Counted from the stretch's first letter, positions 48,929 through 63,425 are shown. The stretch: 64,000 nucleotides of DNA from Magnetospirillum sp. (GCA_024707145.1 JANQAI010000013.1:176588-240587), one strand, 5' to 3'. The notes: a model not told the origin generated them from the sequence alone. Numbers and translations are program-made.

Positions 48929-49830
48929 GGCTGGGCGGATCGGGGGGATGCGTTCCAGGCCCACAAATGGGCGGCGATCAGGGCGCGCCAGGGGCTGAAG
49001 GGGGCGAGCCAGCGTTCGGCCTCACGTTCGCCCAGTTTGCCGGGCGCTCCCAGCAGGGATTGCAGCCCCCGGCGCACGGCGACGTCGCCGTGCAGCGAGC
49101 CGTCCAGCCAGCCGAACCCCCGCAGCAGTGCATAGCTGACGGTCCAGGGGCCGATCCCCGGCGTGTCCAGCAGCTTTTCGGCCATGGCCGCCATCGCCGT
49201 GGGAGTGGGGGCGAGGTCCAGCGGTAGCCGGCTGTCCATGGCCCGCAGGCTGGCCTCGCGCAAAGCCGCCGCCTTGGCGCGCGAGAAGCCGGCCGAGCGC
49301 AGATCCTGTTCGTCCAGGCGCAGCAGCGTCGCCGGGTCCGGATAGCAGAGCAATCCGCCGGAATGGCGGATACCGGCCGCTTGGATCAGGTTGCGGCGGA
49401 TGGTCACGGCGGCGGCGACGCTGATCTGCTGGCCGGTGACGGCCCAGGACAGCGCCTCGAAGGGCGAGGCGGCGACCGGCAGGCGCAGGCCCGGATTTTG
49501 CGCGATCAGCCGCCCCAATTGCGGGTGTCTGCGATAGGCGTCCTCGAACAGTTCGACCGCCTGGTCGAGGCCCAGCATACGCCGCACCATGGAGGTCAAG
49601 GCGGCCTCGGCACCGGCGGCGGGGCCGTCCACATGAAGCTCCGCCCGCACCCGGCCGCCGGTGAAGGCGAGGCTCAGGCAGGCGGGGTGGCCGCCCCAGA
49701 TCAACCCTTTGCGGATTCCCTCGGCGGTGACCTGTTCCGCCACTCCCTGCGGATCACGTCCGTGGAAGGCCCGCAGTTCGGTCTGACGATAGCCGGCCGG
49801 CAGTTCGATGGCGCTGACGATGCTCATCAT
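48925..49830 (-). CDS. alkA: DNA-3-methyladenine glycosylase II
   Basis: PGLRLP, PFEALSWAVTGQQISV, HhH PGIGPWT, catalytic Asp in HGDVAVRR, PWRALIAAHLW. Confidence 0.88.
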   Translation of the reverse strand: MMSIVSAIELPAGYRQTELRAFHGRDPQGVAEQVTAEGIRKGLIWGGHPACLSLAFTGGRVRAELHVDGPAAGAEAALTSMVRRMLGLDQAVELFEDAYRRHPQLGRLIAQNPGLRLPVAASPFEALSWAVTGQQISVAAAVTIRRNLIQAAGIRHSGGLLCYPDPATLLRLDEQDLRSAGFSRAKAAALREASLRAMDSRLPLDLAPTPTAMAAMAEKLLDTPGIGPWTVSYALLRGFGWLDGSLHGDVAVRRGLQSLLGAPGKLGEREAERWLAPFSPWRALIAAHLWAWNASPRSAQP

Positions 49831-50893
49831 CTTTCCTTGGGCCGCGATCCCTCGCGTTCCAGCAGCGTCCGCTTGCGCTCGACGCCCCAGCGATAGCCGG
49901 ACAGCGACCCGTCGGTGCGCACGACCCGGTGGCAGGGGACGGCCAGGGCGATGGCATTGGCGGCGCAGGCGCCGGCCACCGCGCGAACCGCCTTGGGCGC
50001 GCCGATGCGCTCGGCGATCTCGGTGTAGGTGGCGGTGGAGCCGGGCGGTATCCGGCGAAGCTCCTGCCAGACCCGTTGCTGGAAAGCGGTTCCGCGCACG
50101 TCGAGCGGCAGGTCGAGCCCCTGCGCCGGGTCTTCCACATGGGCCACCACCCGGGCGACCAGATGCTCGAAGCCGGCATCGCCGCCGATCAGGCGGGCGC
50201 TGGGGAAGCGGTCCTGCAGGTCGCGGACCAGACGCTCGGGATCATCGTCCATCAGGATGGCGCACACCCCCGGTCGCTGCGGGCCACCAGGACGGCGCCC
50301 AGCGAGGTGGCGGCGATGGCGAAATGGATGTCGGTCTGGGCGCCGCCCTGCCGGTAGGCGGTGGGGGTCATGCCTAGCAACTGGTCGGCCTGTTCGTAGA
50401 AGCGGCCGCTGGAATTGTAGCCGGCGTCGTAGATCGCCTCGGTCACCGAGGAGTCCGGGTGGGCCAGTCCCTGCTGGAGCCGCCGGGCGCGATGGGCCAG
50501 CGCATAGGCCTTGGGGGTGACGCCGGTCAGCGCCTTGAACTGGCGGTGCAGGTGCGACGGGCTCAATCCGGCGGCGGCGGCCAGTTCGTCGAGGCTGGGG
50601 GCGGTCTCGGCCTGCTCGATCATCCGGCACAGGGCGGCCACCGTGGCGGCCTGCCGCTGCCGGGCCGGCGCCTGCTCGGGCCGGCACCGTTGGCAGGGGC
50701 GGAACCCGGCCGCCTCCGCCGCCTCGTTGGTCTCGTAGAAGCTGACGTTGGCGGGTTTGGCCCGCCGCGCCGCGCAGGATGGCCGGCAATAGATTCCGGT
50801 GGTGCGAACCGCATAGACGAACGTGCCGTCGGCATCGCGGTCACGCGCCATCACCGCGCGCCATCTGGGGTCCTGTTCCGTGTGGGTGGTCAT
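49827..50893 (-). CDS. ada: Bifunctional Ada regulator / O6-methylguanine-DNA methyltransferase; apparent frameshift at C run 50267-50271
   Basis: Zn site TTGIYCRPSC...FRPCQRC, AraC HTH, then other frame GTAFQQRVW, RAVAGAC, PCHRV, GYRWG. Confidence 0.92.
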
Positions 50894-50970
50894 GATCATC
50901 CTCGTCGGACATTGTGGGCCGTTTCCAGGAAGAACGGTAGACCCCGAACCGACGGGGCGCACTCCGCTGC

Positions 50971-50983
50971 TTGCTTTCGAATT
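50971..50983 (-). promoter_or_regulatory. Ada box
   Basis: Minus strand AAT-TCGAAA-GCAA = A-box AAT, 6-nt spacer, B-box GCAA; 78 nt upstream of the ada ATG. Confidence 0.65.
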
Positions 50984-51080
50984 TCCGGCCTTCGAATTTC
51001 CGGCGGGGCCCGAGAACGGTTGCTTTCCGGCCACCGATGGGGCATCACCCCTACCCGCCATTTTCCGCGAGGGCTTGCAG

Positions 51081-52385
51081 ATGTACGTCGGCATGGATTT
51101 CGGCACCTCCAACAGCGCCGTCGGCGTGATCGACGGCGGTGGTGCCGCCCGCATCGTCGTCCACGACAATGCCGGGCTGTCGGTCTCGGCCACCTCGGAC
51201 ACGCTGCGTTCCATGGTCGCCTTCGACCGCGCCCACCGCCACGAGGACGGTCGCCTCGCCGCCCTGGTGGGGCAGCAGGCCATCGCCGCCTACCTGGCCG
51301 GTGACGGCGAAACCCGCCTGCTGCAATCGTTCAAGAGCCACCTGACCAGCAAGCTGTTCACCAGCGCCAACATCTTCAACGCCTCGTACAGCCTGGAGCG
51401 CCTGATCGCCCTGGTGGTGGAGCACCTCAAGCGCTCGGCCGAGGCGGCGGGCGGGGCGCCGGTGACGCGGGTGGTGGCGGGCCGGCCGGTGCGCTTCGTC
51501 GCCGAGGACGGCAAGGATGCCGACGACTTCGCCGTCTCCCGGCTGACCGATGCCTTCGCCCAGGCCGGCATCGCGGAGGTTCATTTCGAATACGAGCCGA
51601 TCGCCGCCGCCTATTACTACGAACGCAGTCTCGATCATGACGAAACCGTTCTGGTCGCCGATTTCGGCGGCGGCACCAGCGATTTCTGCCTGGTGCGGCT
51701 GGGCCCCGCGCGGGCCGGGATGGCGCGGCCGGAAGACGCCATCCTGGGCACCGGCGGCGTTGGCATCGCCGGCGACAGCTTCGACCGCCGCATGGTGGAA
51801 CGCGGGCTGGCCGAGTTCTTCGGCAAGAACACCACCTATCACAGCAACCGCAAGGACCTGCCGGTTCCCGACTGGATCTACGGCAAGTTCTCGCGCTGGC
51901 ACCATATCGGCTTCCTCGGCACCGCCTCGACGCTCCGCATGCTGCGCGACATCCAGCGCCACGCCAGCCACCCCGAGCGTATCGAGGACCTGCTGACCCT
52001 GATCGAGTACAATCTGGGCTACCACCTGTACCGTGCGGTGGAGGCCGCCAAGGTGGCCCTGTCCCAGGGCGGGGAAACCACCCTGGTGTTCGACCACGCC
52101 CCCATCCGCATCGAACGCCGCATCACCCGGGCCGAGTTCGAGGACTGGATCGCCCCCGAACTGCAAGCCATCGAGGACTGTGTGGACGGCCTGCTGGCCT
52201 CGACCGGCATCGCGGCGGCCACGGTGGACCGGGTGTTCATGACCGGCGGCTCGTCGTTGGTTCCGGCGGTGCGCGCCATCTTCGACAGCCGCTTCGGCGC
52301 CGGGAAGGTGGTGGCCGGCGGCGAGTTCGTCTCGGTGGCCAGCGGATTGGCCTACCGCGCCCGGGAATTGTTCGCCGGGCGGTGA
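51081..52385 (+). CDS. Hsp70 family protein (YegD-like, ATPase domain only)
   Basis: GMDFGTSNS, GRPVRF, EPIAAA, ADFGGGTSDF, MTGGSSLVP, SVASGLA. Confidence 0.88.
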   Translation: MYVGMDFGTSNSAVGVIDGGGAARIVVHDNAGLSVSATSDTLRSMVAFDRAHRHEDGRLAALVGQQAIAAYLAGDGETRLLQSFKSHLTSKLFTSANIFNASYSLERLIALVVEHLKRSAEAAGGAPVTRVVAGRPVRFVAEDGKDADDFAVSRLTDAFAQAGIAEVHFEYEPIAAAYYYERSLDHDETVLVADFGGGTSDFCLVRLGPARAGMARPEDAILGTGGVGIAGDSFDRRMVERGLAEFFGKNTTYHSNRKDLPVPDWIYGKFSRWHHIGFLGTASTLRMLRDIQRHASHPERIEDLLTLIEYNLGYHLYRAVEAAKVALSQGGETTLVFDHAPIRIERRITRAEFEDWIAPELQAIEDCVDGLLASTGIAAATVDRVFMTGGSSLVPAVRAIFDSRFGAGKVVAGGEFVSVASGLAYRARELFAGR

Positions 52386-52522
52386 TTTTCCACCCCGACA
52401 CCGGATTGTCCCAGCTTCCTGTCTTGCTCCCTGCCGACGGCTGCCGTAATTATGTGCACATCGGTGCCGGCGCTCAAATTGAGTGCATTGGGGGAACGAA
52501 ACGGCGCCGGCAAGGGGGACTC

Positions 52523-55438
<2,916 letters not shown>

Positions 55439-55454
55439 TCGAGGGAGAACGCCA

Positions 55455-57801
55455 ATGATCTCGCGCATCAGCGTGTCGCGCAAACTGCTGCTGATCTACG
55501 CCCTGGACATGGTGGCGGTGATCTTCCTGGGCTTCTCGCTGGCGGAAGAGAAGTACATCGCCATCAATTTCGCCCGCAAGGAACTGGCCGGCATCGCCTA
55601 TATCGAGGCGGCGCGCGATACCCTGTTCACCATCGCCGACAACACCAACGGACCGGGAGCCGAGCCGGCGCGGGCGGTGGCGCTGAACGCCGTCATGTCC
55701 GACATGGAACGGGCCGAGCAGGACTGGGGCGCCGCCATGTCCAGCCGCGCCGCCGCCGACGATCTGCAGCGCGAGGGCCGCCTGCTGGCGGTGGCCTCGG
55801 CGGAGCACGTTCCCGAGCGGGCGGCGGCGAGCATCGTCGCCACCCGGCGGCTGATCTCGCGGGTGGGCGACCAGTCCAACCTGATCCTCGATCCCGACCT
55901 GGACAGCTATTACTCCATGTCGCTGGTGCTGCTGCGTTTCCCCGAACTGGTGGATCAGTTGATCCAGATCCGCGCCAAGATGCACAGCGTGGCCGGGCAC
56001 GGGGCCATCGCCGCCGACGACCGCACCGAATTCCTGATCCTGGAAGGCCGCTTGACCAACGTCATCCGCGGTATCGAGGGCGACCGCGCCGCCGGGTACA
56101 GCGGCAATCCCGACGGGTCGCTGGAGCGCGCCCTCACTCCTGGCTTCGCCGTGCTGGACGGCGCCCTGGCCAACGTGGTCACTGCGTTGCGCGCCAGCGT
56201 CATCGACCGCGGCGGCGACATCGACACCGCCCCGGTGGATCGCGCCATCGCCGAGAGCCTGCGGGCCACCCGGGCCATCTGGGTGCAGACCAGCCAGGAA
56301 TTGCGGCGCCTCGTCCAGGTGCGCATCGAAGGCTTCTTCAGCCGCATGTGGGAGCATTTCGCCATGGCCGGCGGCCTGCTCAGCATCATCCTGACGCTGG
56401 TGCTGCTGGTGGCCCGGCGCATTGCCGTGCCCATCGGCCATCTGGCCGAGGTGGCCGACCGGGTGCGGCGCACCAACGACTACAACCTGCGCGCCAAGTG
56501 GGACAGCGCCGACGAGATCGGCCGGCTGGTGGATATCTTCAACACCATGCTGGAGCGCCTGCAGGCCGAGGGTGCCCGCCGCGAGGAACTGGCGGCGCAG
56601 ACCCGCGCCGCCGCCGCCCAGCGCGACCTGATCGAGGCCATTCCCACTCCGCTGACGGTGACCCGCCAGTCCGACAACGCCCTGGTGCACATCAACCAGC
56701 CGGCCTCGGTGCTGCTGGGGGTGGACGGCAGCGGCGAAAGCCATCTGGACGACTACCTGCCCGAGGACAAGCGCGCCCGCCTGGTGGAGCTGCTGGCGCT
56801 CAACGGCGCGGTCAACGAGTTCGAGACCGAGATCGCCGCGCGCGGCGGCGGGCATTTCTGGGCGCTGATGTCGGCGCGCCTGCTGTCCTACCAGGGCGAG
56901 CAGGCGCTGCTCACCACCATCACGCCCATCACCGAGCGCAAGCGCATGGAAGAGGAGCTGCGCGCCGCCAAGGACAAGGCGGAAGCCACGCTGGAACAGC
57001 TTCAGCAGGCGCAGCAGAGCCTGATCCAGGCGGAGAAGATGGCCTCTCTGGGCGGGTTGGTGGCCGGCGTCGCCCACGAGATCAACACGCCCATCGGCAT
57101 CGGCCTGACCGGCGCCTCCACCCTGGCGGCGGAAACCGAGAAGCTGCGCAAGCTCTACGCCGACCAGTCCATGACCGAGGACGCCTTCCTGGATTACCTG
57201 GAAGTGGCCAACGAGACTGCCCGGCTGCTGATGACCAACATGAACCGGGCGGCCGAGCCTGATCCAGAGCTTCAAGCAGGTGGCGGTGGACCAGACCAGC
57301 GCCGAGCGGCGGCGCTTCGACCTCAAGAGCTACATCGACGAGATCCTCAATTCGCTGCATCCCACGCTGAAGAAGACACAGCATGCCGTGGTGGTCGACT
57401 GCCCCGACGGCATCCAGATGGATTCCTATCCCGGCATCCTGTCGCAGGTGCTGACCAACCTGGTGATGAACGCCCTGATCCATGCCTACAGCGACCACCA
57501 GAGCGGCACCCTTTCCATCCGCGTCAGGACCACGGCGGACGGCAGGGTGATGCTGGTCTTCGCCGACGACGGCAACGGCATTCCGCCCGAGAACCTGAAC
57601 CGCATCTTCGATCCGTTCTTCACCACGCGCCGCACCAAGGGCGGCTCGGGCCTGGGCTTGCACATCGTGTTCAACGTCGTGACCAGTTCGCTGAACGGCC
57701 AGGTGGAGGTGGCCAGCGAGGTCGGCAAGGGCACCACCTTCACCCTCAGCTTCCCCAAGGTGGCGCCCAAGCCGGCGGTGCCGGCCCTGATCGAGGGATA
57801 G
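55455..57801 (+). CDS. Membrane sensor histidine kinase (HAMP-PAS-HisKA-HATPase); apparent +1 frameshift at 57258-57259
   Basis: SNLILDPDLDSYY periplasmic motif, DEIGRL HAMP, EKMASLGGLVAGVAHEINTP; other frame LIQSFKQVAVDQTS...NALIHAY...DPFFTT...GSGLGL. Confidence 0.88.
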
Positions 57802-58027
57802 CCGGTATCGACCCTCCCGCCGGTTCGCATCCCGTTTACAAGGCGATCATTCCGTTTAATTTTCTGCTGCCTGCGTTCATTGTATATTCAATACTTGGTT
57901 GTATTTGCCCTCGTCGGGATTACTTGGCTATGCTATTGTCCTGTCTATGGCGGACGATGGTGCCCGGGTCCAGATCACCTTGCCCCGTCGCCGCCTTGGC
58001 GCTGACGGGCGGTTGGCAGGGGGCGGC

Positions 58028-61000
58028 ATGCATCATCTTCTGGCGCAGCAGTTGAAACAGGCGACGGCCACGGACGGCACGGTCGACCTTGATCGCCTGC
58101 TGGCCGATGTGAGCCGCGCCTACGATGCCGCCGACCGTGCCCGCCACCGCGAACAGCAGGCCTCCGAGGACATCCAGTCCCAACTGGACGATTTGCGCGC
58201 CGGCATCCAGGCCGAGGCGGACGCCCGCTTCAACGCGGTGATGAAGAACGTGGGCGAGGCGGTCATCACCATCGACATGGACGGCCGGATCGAAACCTTC
58301 AATCGCACCGCCGAGGAGATGTTCGGCTACGACGCCGTCGAACTGGTGGGCCACGACATCGCCATCCTGACCACCGAGGAGCGGGCCAGCCGGTTCCGGG
58401 CCGCGTTGACGGAATATGCCCATACCGGCGATGCCCGCCCGCTGGAAGCCCTGCGCGAGAGCGAGGGCCGGCGGAAGGATGGCGACCTTTTTCCTGCCGA
58501 ATTGGCCATCGCCGAGGTGCAGTTGGGCGGCCGGCCCTGTTTCGTCGGCGTCATCCGCGACATCTCAGCCCAGGTGGAGACGGAGCGCCAGCTGCGTGAA
58601 AGCGAGGGCCGTTTCCGCGACCTCGTCGGGTCGGCCTCGGACTGGTTCTGGGAAACCGATGCGGATGGCCGGCTGACCTTCGTTTCCGAGCGCATCTCCA
58701 ATGTGCTGGGGGTCAAGGCCTCGGCCATCGTCGGCGCCACCTTCTTCGACCTCGGCCTGGCCGACGACGGGACGGCGGCGAAAGAGTACCGTCAGGAACT
58801 GGCCGAGCGCCGGTCATTCCGCGACCGGGTCTTCCATGTGGGACCGCCCGAGGGGCACGACAGCCGCGTCATCCGTATCAGTGGCATCCCCATTCTCGAT
58901 CGCGGCGAGTTCGTCGGCTATCGCGGTGTCGGTGTGGACGTCACCCGCGAGGTGGCGGCCGAACGCCGCGCCCGCCAGGCCCAGCAATTGTTGGCCGACG
59001 CCATCGAGCGTATCGTCGATGGCTTGGCCGTTTACGACGCCGCCGACCGGCTGGTGCTGTTCAACCCCGAATACCGCAGGGTGTTCGCCGGCATGTCCCA
59101 TGTCATCAAGCTGGGGGTCCATTTCGAGGAAGTGGTGCGGCATAACCCCGCCGTGTTCGACACCGAGGGGATGCCGTTCGAACAATGGGTGGCCAAGCGC
59201 CTGCAATACCACCGCGACGCCTCGGGCCAGCCGTTCGTGGTGCGCATGGCCGACGGCCGCTGGATCCTTCATCGCGAGTTCCGCATGGCCGACGGCGGCA
59301 CCGTCGGCCTGCGTACCGACATCAGCGAGTTGAAGCGGCGCGAGCAGGAGTTGGAAAGCCTGCGCCGGCTGTACCGGCTGATCCTGGATGCCGCTGGCGA
59401 AGGCATCGTTGGCCTTGATCGCGGCGGCCGCGTCATCTTCGCCAACCGCAGCACCGCCCATCTGCTGGGATACCCGCCCGAGCAGATGGTGGGGCAGGAT
59501 TTCCATGCCCTGGTGCAGCCCTTCCGCCGGGACGGGACCCCCTGCGTTCCCGCAGATACCGTCATGGCGCGTGCCTATGGGCAGGGTGCCGCCGGCGAGG
59601 TGTCGGGGGCCGTCTTCCATACGGCCGAGGGGGCCTCGCTGCCGGTGGATTATTACGCCGCCCCCATCGACGAGGATGGCGGCGTCTCCGGCGCGGTGGT
59701 GGTTTTTCGCGACGCGACCCTGCGCCTGCGCTACGAACGGACCTTGGCCGATTCTCACCGGGAGCTGGAGCGGCTGGTGGCCGAGCGCACCCGCGAACTG
59801 ACCCAGGAAGTGTCCAACCGGGCGCGCATCGAAAGTTCACTGCGGGAATCGCGCGAGCGCCTGAAGGGCATCACCGACAGCCTGTTCGAAGGGGTGGTGG
59901 TGGTGGACCGCCATGGGCGGCTCAGCTTCGCCAATCCGTCGGCCCGCGCGCTGTTGGCCCTGGACGGCGATCCCGAGGGACTGCCCATCGATGCGGTGCT
60001 GTCCCTCGATAGCCGCGGCCGGCCGGAGGCTTCCGTTCCGCCCTGGACCGCGGTCCTTGAGGGTGGCGAGAACATCTGCGACAACGACGCCGTCTTCGTC
60101 ACCGCCGATGGCCGGGCGCTGGACGTGGCCTATGGCTGCACCGGCCTGCGCGTGGGGGGCGAGGTCAAGGCGGTGGTGATCTCGTTCCGCGATATTTCGC
60201 CGCTGAAGGCGGCCCAGCGCGAGGCGTTGCAATCCTCGCGCATGGCCAGCGTCGGCCAACTGGCCGCCGGCATCGCCCACGAGATCAACACGCCCATCCA
60301 GTACATCGGCGACAACCTGCGCTTCATTTCCGAATCCATTCATTCGGTCGCCCAGGCGGTGGCGGCGGGCCGCGCATTGGCCGCCGCCGCCGAGGCGTCC
60401 GCGGCCGCCACCTATGCCGAAACCCTGGCGAACGAGGACGTGGATTACCTGGTGGAGGAAATCCCCCGCGCCGTGGACCAGTCCCTGGAAGGGGTCGGGC
60501 AGGTGGCCCGCATCGTGCTGTCCATGAAGGAGTTCTCCCATCCCGGTTCGTCCAGCAAGACCATGGTGGACATCAACCGTGCGCTGGACAACACCGTCAC
60601 CGTGGCCCGCAACACGTGGAAGCACGTGGCCGAGGTGGTTACCGACTACCAGCCCGACCTGCCGCCGGTACCCTGCTACGCTGGCGAGCTGAACCAGGTC
60701 TTCCTCAACATCATCGTCAACGCCGCCCACGCCATCGAGGCGGCGGGCCGGGCCGGCGAGGGGCGCATCTCCATCGCGACCAGCCTGCGCGACGGCTCCG
60801 TGTCCATCCGCCTTAGCGACAATGGCACCGGCATTGCCGACGACATTCGCGACAAGATCTTCGATCCCTTCTTCACCACCAAGGACGTGGGCAAGGGCAC
60901 CGGGCAGGGGCTTGCCATCAGCCGCGACGTGGTGGTGGTCAAGCATGGCGGCCGCATCGAGGTGGAAAGCCGCCACGGGCGGGGAACCGTCTTCACCGTC

Positions 61001-61060
61001 CTGCTGCCGGTGGCCCCTCCCGAGGACGATGCCGCCGAGCATTGGGGAGGCCAGCCATGA
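58028..61060 (+). CDS. Cytoplasmic multi-PAS sensor histidine kinase
   Basis: About five PAS domains, VGQLAAGIAHEINTPIQY, NQVFLNIIVNAAHA, DPFFTTKDVGKGTGQGL; ATG 58028 chosen over upstream AT-rich starts. Confidence 0.9.
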   Translation: MHHLLAQQLKQATATDGTVDLDRLLADVSRAYDAADRARHREQQASEDIQSQLDDLRAGIQAEADARFNAVMKNVGEAVITIDMDGRIETFNRTAEEMFGYDAVELVGHDIAILTTEERASRFRAALTEYAHTGDARPLEALRESEGRRKDGDLFPAELAIAEVQLGGRPCFVGVIRDISAQVETERQLRESEGRFRDLVGSASDWFWETDADGRLTFVSERISNVLGVKASAIVGATFFDLGLADDGTAAKEYRQELAERRSFRDRVFHVGPPEGHDSRVIRISGIPILDRGEFVGYRGVGVDVTREVAAERRARQAQQLLADAIERIVDGLAVYDAADRLVLFNPEYRRVFAGMSHVIKLGVHFEEVVRHNPAVFDTEGMPFEQWVAKRLQYHRDASGQPFVVRMADGRWILHREFRMADGGTVGLRTDISELKRREQELESLRRLYRLILDAAGEGIVGLDRGGRVIFANRSTAHLLGYPPEQMVGQDFHALVQPFRRDGTPCVPADTVMARAYGQGAAGEVSGAVFHTAEGASLPVDYYAAPIDEDGGVSGAVVVFRDATLRLRYERTLADSHRELERLVAERTRELTQEVSNRARIESSLRESRERLKGITDSLFEGVVVVDRHGRLSFANPSARALLALDGDPEGLPIDAVLSLDSRGRPEASVPPWTAVLEGGENICDNDAVFVTADGRALDVAYGCTGLRVGGEVKAVVISFRDISPLKAAQREALQSSRMASVGQLAAGIAHEINTPIQYIGDNLRFISESIHSVAQAVAAGRALAAAAEASAAATYAETLANEDVDYLVEEIPRAVDQSLEGVGQVARIVLSMKEFSHPGSSSKTMVDINRALDNTVTVARNTWKHVAEVVTDYQPDLPPVPCYAGELNQVFLNIIVNAAHAIEAAGRAGEGRISIATSLRDGSVSIRLSDNGTGIADDIRDKIFDPFFTTKDVGKGTGQGLAISRDVVVVKHGGRIEVESRHGRGTVFTVLLPVAPPEDDAAEHWGGQP

Positions 61061-62275
61061 GCGGCGAGGTCAAGGTCCTGTTCGTCGACGACGACCTCAA
61101 TATCCTGTCCGGCCTGAAGCGGCTGATGCGGGGACATCCGGCATGCGTCGGTCAGTACTGCCTGGGCGGCGAGGAGGCGCTGGCCCTGATGGACGACCAC
61201 CCGGTGGACGTCGTGGTGTCGGACATGCGCATGCCCGGAATGGATGGCGCCCAGTTCCTGGCCAAGGTGCGCGAACGCCATCCCGGCACCATCCGGGTCA
61301 TCCTGTCCGGCTATGCGGATGCCGAGAGCATCCTGCGCACCGTCGGGCCGGCCCACCTCTATCTGGCGAAGCCCTGCGATCCGGCCACCCTGTTGGCGGC
61401 CGTCGCCCGGCCGCTGGCCCTGCGCCGCCTGTTGGCCTCGGAGGGGCTGCGTACGGCGCTGGCCGGACTGATCGACCTGCCGACGCCGCCCGACCTGTTC
61501 TTCCGCCTGGAACAGGAACTACGCTCGCCGCGGGCCTCGGCGGCTTCGGTGGCGGCCATCATCGGCCAGGACGTGGCCATGACCGCCGAACTGCTGAAGT
61601 TGACCAATTCCTCGTACTTCGCCGTGTCGGGGCGGGCCAGCACCCCCTTGCAGGCGGTGCGCACCCTGGGAATGGACATCATCAGCGCCCTGGTGCTGCG
61701 CATCGGCATCTTCCGTCATCTGCAAAGCACGTGCATCCAGGGCGCGATCATGGCGTTGCTGAACGACTACAGCCTGCGGGTGGCGGGCTTGGCCGAACGC
61801 ATCGCCGCTGCCGAAGGGGCCGACACCGCCGTTGCCAAGACGGCCTATTGCGCCGGCATGCTGTCCTCGGTAGGGGCGCTGGTTCTGCTCGACACCCATC
61901 CCCAGACCTATCCCGCCCTGTTCATCCAAGGCAGCGCCGACCAGTCCGCCTTCGCGGCGGAGACACAAGCGTTCGGCGCCAACCATGCGCTGGTGGGCGC
62001 CTATCTGCTGGGGCTGTGGAACTTCGCCGATCCCATGGTCGAGGCGGTGGCCCATGCGTGTGCCCCCTCGGCCTGTCCCGTGCGCGACAACCTGCTGCTG
62101 ACCGCCGTTCACGCCGCCCGCGTCTATGGGCCGCGTTTCCCGCTCATCCCCCCCCGGATTGCCGGCCCAGCCGGCGCTGGACATGGCCTATATATGCGAG
62201 GCCCGCAAGGACCTGCGCCTCGAACGCTGGAAAGCCATCGCCGCCCAATATGCCAAGGAAGTGGACCATGCCTGA
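61057..62275 (+). CDS. Response regulator with HDOD domain; apparent +1 frameshift at C run ~62148-62155
   Basis: VLFVDDD, SDMRMPGMDG, LAKPC; HDOD DLPTPP, QDVAMTAELLKLTNSSYF, HALVGAYLLGLW; corrected end AKEVDHA-stop at 62275. Confidence 0.85.
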
Positions 62276-63425
62276 ACGGGTGCTGCTCATCGACGACGAT
62301 CCCAACCTGCTGTCGGGCCTGCAGCGGCAGCTGCGCAAGCAGTTCGACCTGACCATGGCCGAGGGCGGCGTCGCAGCCCTGCAGGCGGTCGAACAGGCCG
62401 GCCTTCGCCGCGAGCCCTTCGCCGTCGTGCTGTGCGACATGCGCATGCCGGGCATGGACGGCATCGAGGTGCTGTCGCGCATCCGTGCCCAGGCGCCCGA
62501 GACCGTGCGCATGATGCTGACCGGCAATGCCGACCAGCAGACCGCCATCGACGCCATCAACAAGGGCGCCATCTTCCGTTTCTTCACCAAGCCGTGCCCG
62601 GCCGAGGATCTGGCGGTGGGGCTGCAGGCCGGAATCGACCAGTACCGTCTGATCACCGCCGAACGGGAGTTGCTGGAAAACACCCTGGCCGGCAGCGTGA
62701 AGGTGTTGGCCGACATCGTGGCCGTCAACGATCCGGTGGCCCATGGCCTGGCCACCCGCCTGCGCGAATGGGTGCGGCTGCTGACGGTGGAGTTCAAGCT
62801 GCCGCAGCGCTGGCAGCTGGATTTGGCGGCCATGCTGCTGCCCATCGGCCAAGTCTCCATCCCGCCCGAGCTGATCGCCAAGAAGCGCCGGGGCGAACCG
62901 CTGACCGAGGCCGAACAATTCATCATCACCCGGGCTCCCGAGGCCGGGCGCAACCTGATCGCCAACATCCCCCGTCTGAGCAAGGTGGCCGAGACCATCT
63001 GGCTGCAGGACCGCGGCTATGACGGCAGCGGTTTCCCCACCGACGGGCCCAGGGGCAACGACATCCCCTTCGACGCGCGCCTGCTGAAGATCCTCAAGGA
63101 CTTGGCCGAGGCCTGCCCCTCGGGCATCCCCGACCCCACCGCCTTCGCCGCCCTTGACCGCAACCGCGCCCAGTATGACATCAACCTGATGGCCAAGGTG
63201 CGGTCGTGCCTGATGACCTTGCTCAGCAGCACGGCGCCGGTGGAGGCCGATGTGCCGGTGTCGGCCCTGCGGGTCGGCCATCTGGTGCTGTCCGACATCA
63301 AGCTGACCAACGGCCATCTGGTCCTGGCGCGCAATACCATGCTGTCCGCCGCCCAGATCGAGCGGCTGCGCAGCCTGGGCAAGATCTACAGCTTCGTCGA
63401 GCCGGTACGCGTGAGGGTAGGGTGA
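62268..63425 (+). CDS. Response regulator with degenerate HD-GYP-like domain
   Basis: VLLIDDD, CDMRMPGMDG, FFTKPC; LAAMLLPIGQ, QDRGYDGSGFP, IPFDARLLK. Confidence 0.82.
   Translation: MPERVLLIDDDPNLLSGLQRQLRKQFDLTMAEGGVAALQAVEQAGLRREPFAVVLCDMRMPGMDGIEVLSRIRAQAPETVRMMLTGNADQQTAIDAINKGAIFRFFTKPCPAEDLAVGLQAGIDQYRLITAERELLENTLAGSVKVLADIVAVNDPVAHGLATRLREWVRLLTVEFKLPQRWQLDLAAMLLPIGQVSIPPELIAKKRRGEPLTEAEQFIITRAPEAGRNLIANIPRLSKVAETIWLQDRGYDGSGFPTDGPRGNDIPFDARLLKILKDLAEACPSGIPDPTAFAALDRNRAQYDINLMAKVRSCLMTLLSSTAPVEADVPVSALRVGHLVLSDIKLTNGHLVLARNTMLSAAQIERLRSLGKIYSFVEPVRVRVG

Noticed and set aside
48925-50893. Functional link between ada/alkA and methylated-guanidine metabolism
   Set aside because: At least 8 kb and several unrelated genes separate them, with no shared regulatory motif
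57802-58027. AT-rich stretch as a foreign insertion or N-terminal extension of the kinase
   Set aside because: Short and directly upstream of a gene, consistent with a promoter region; no mobile-element ends
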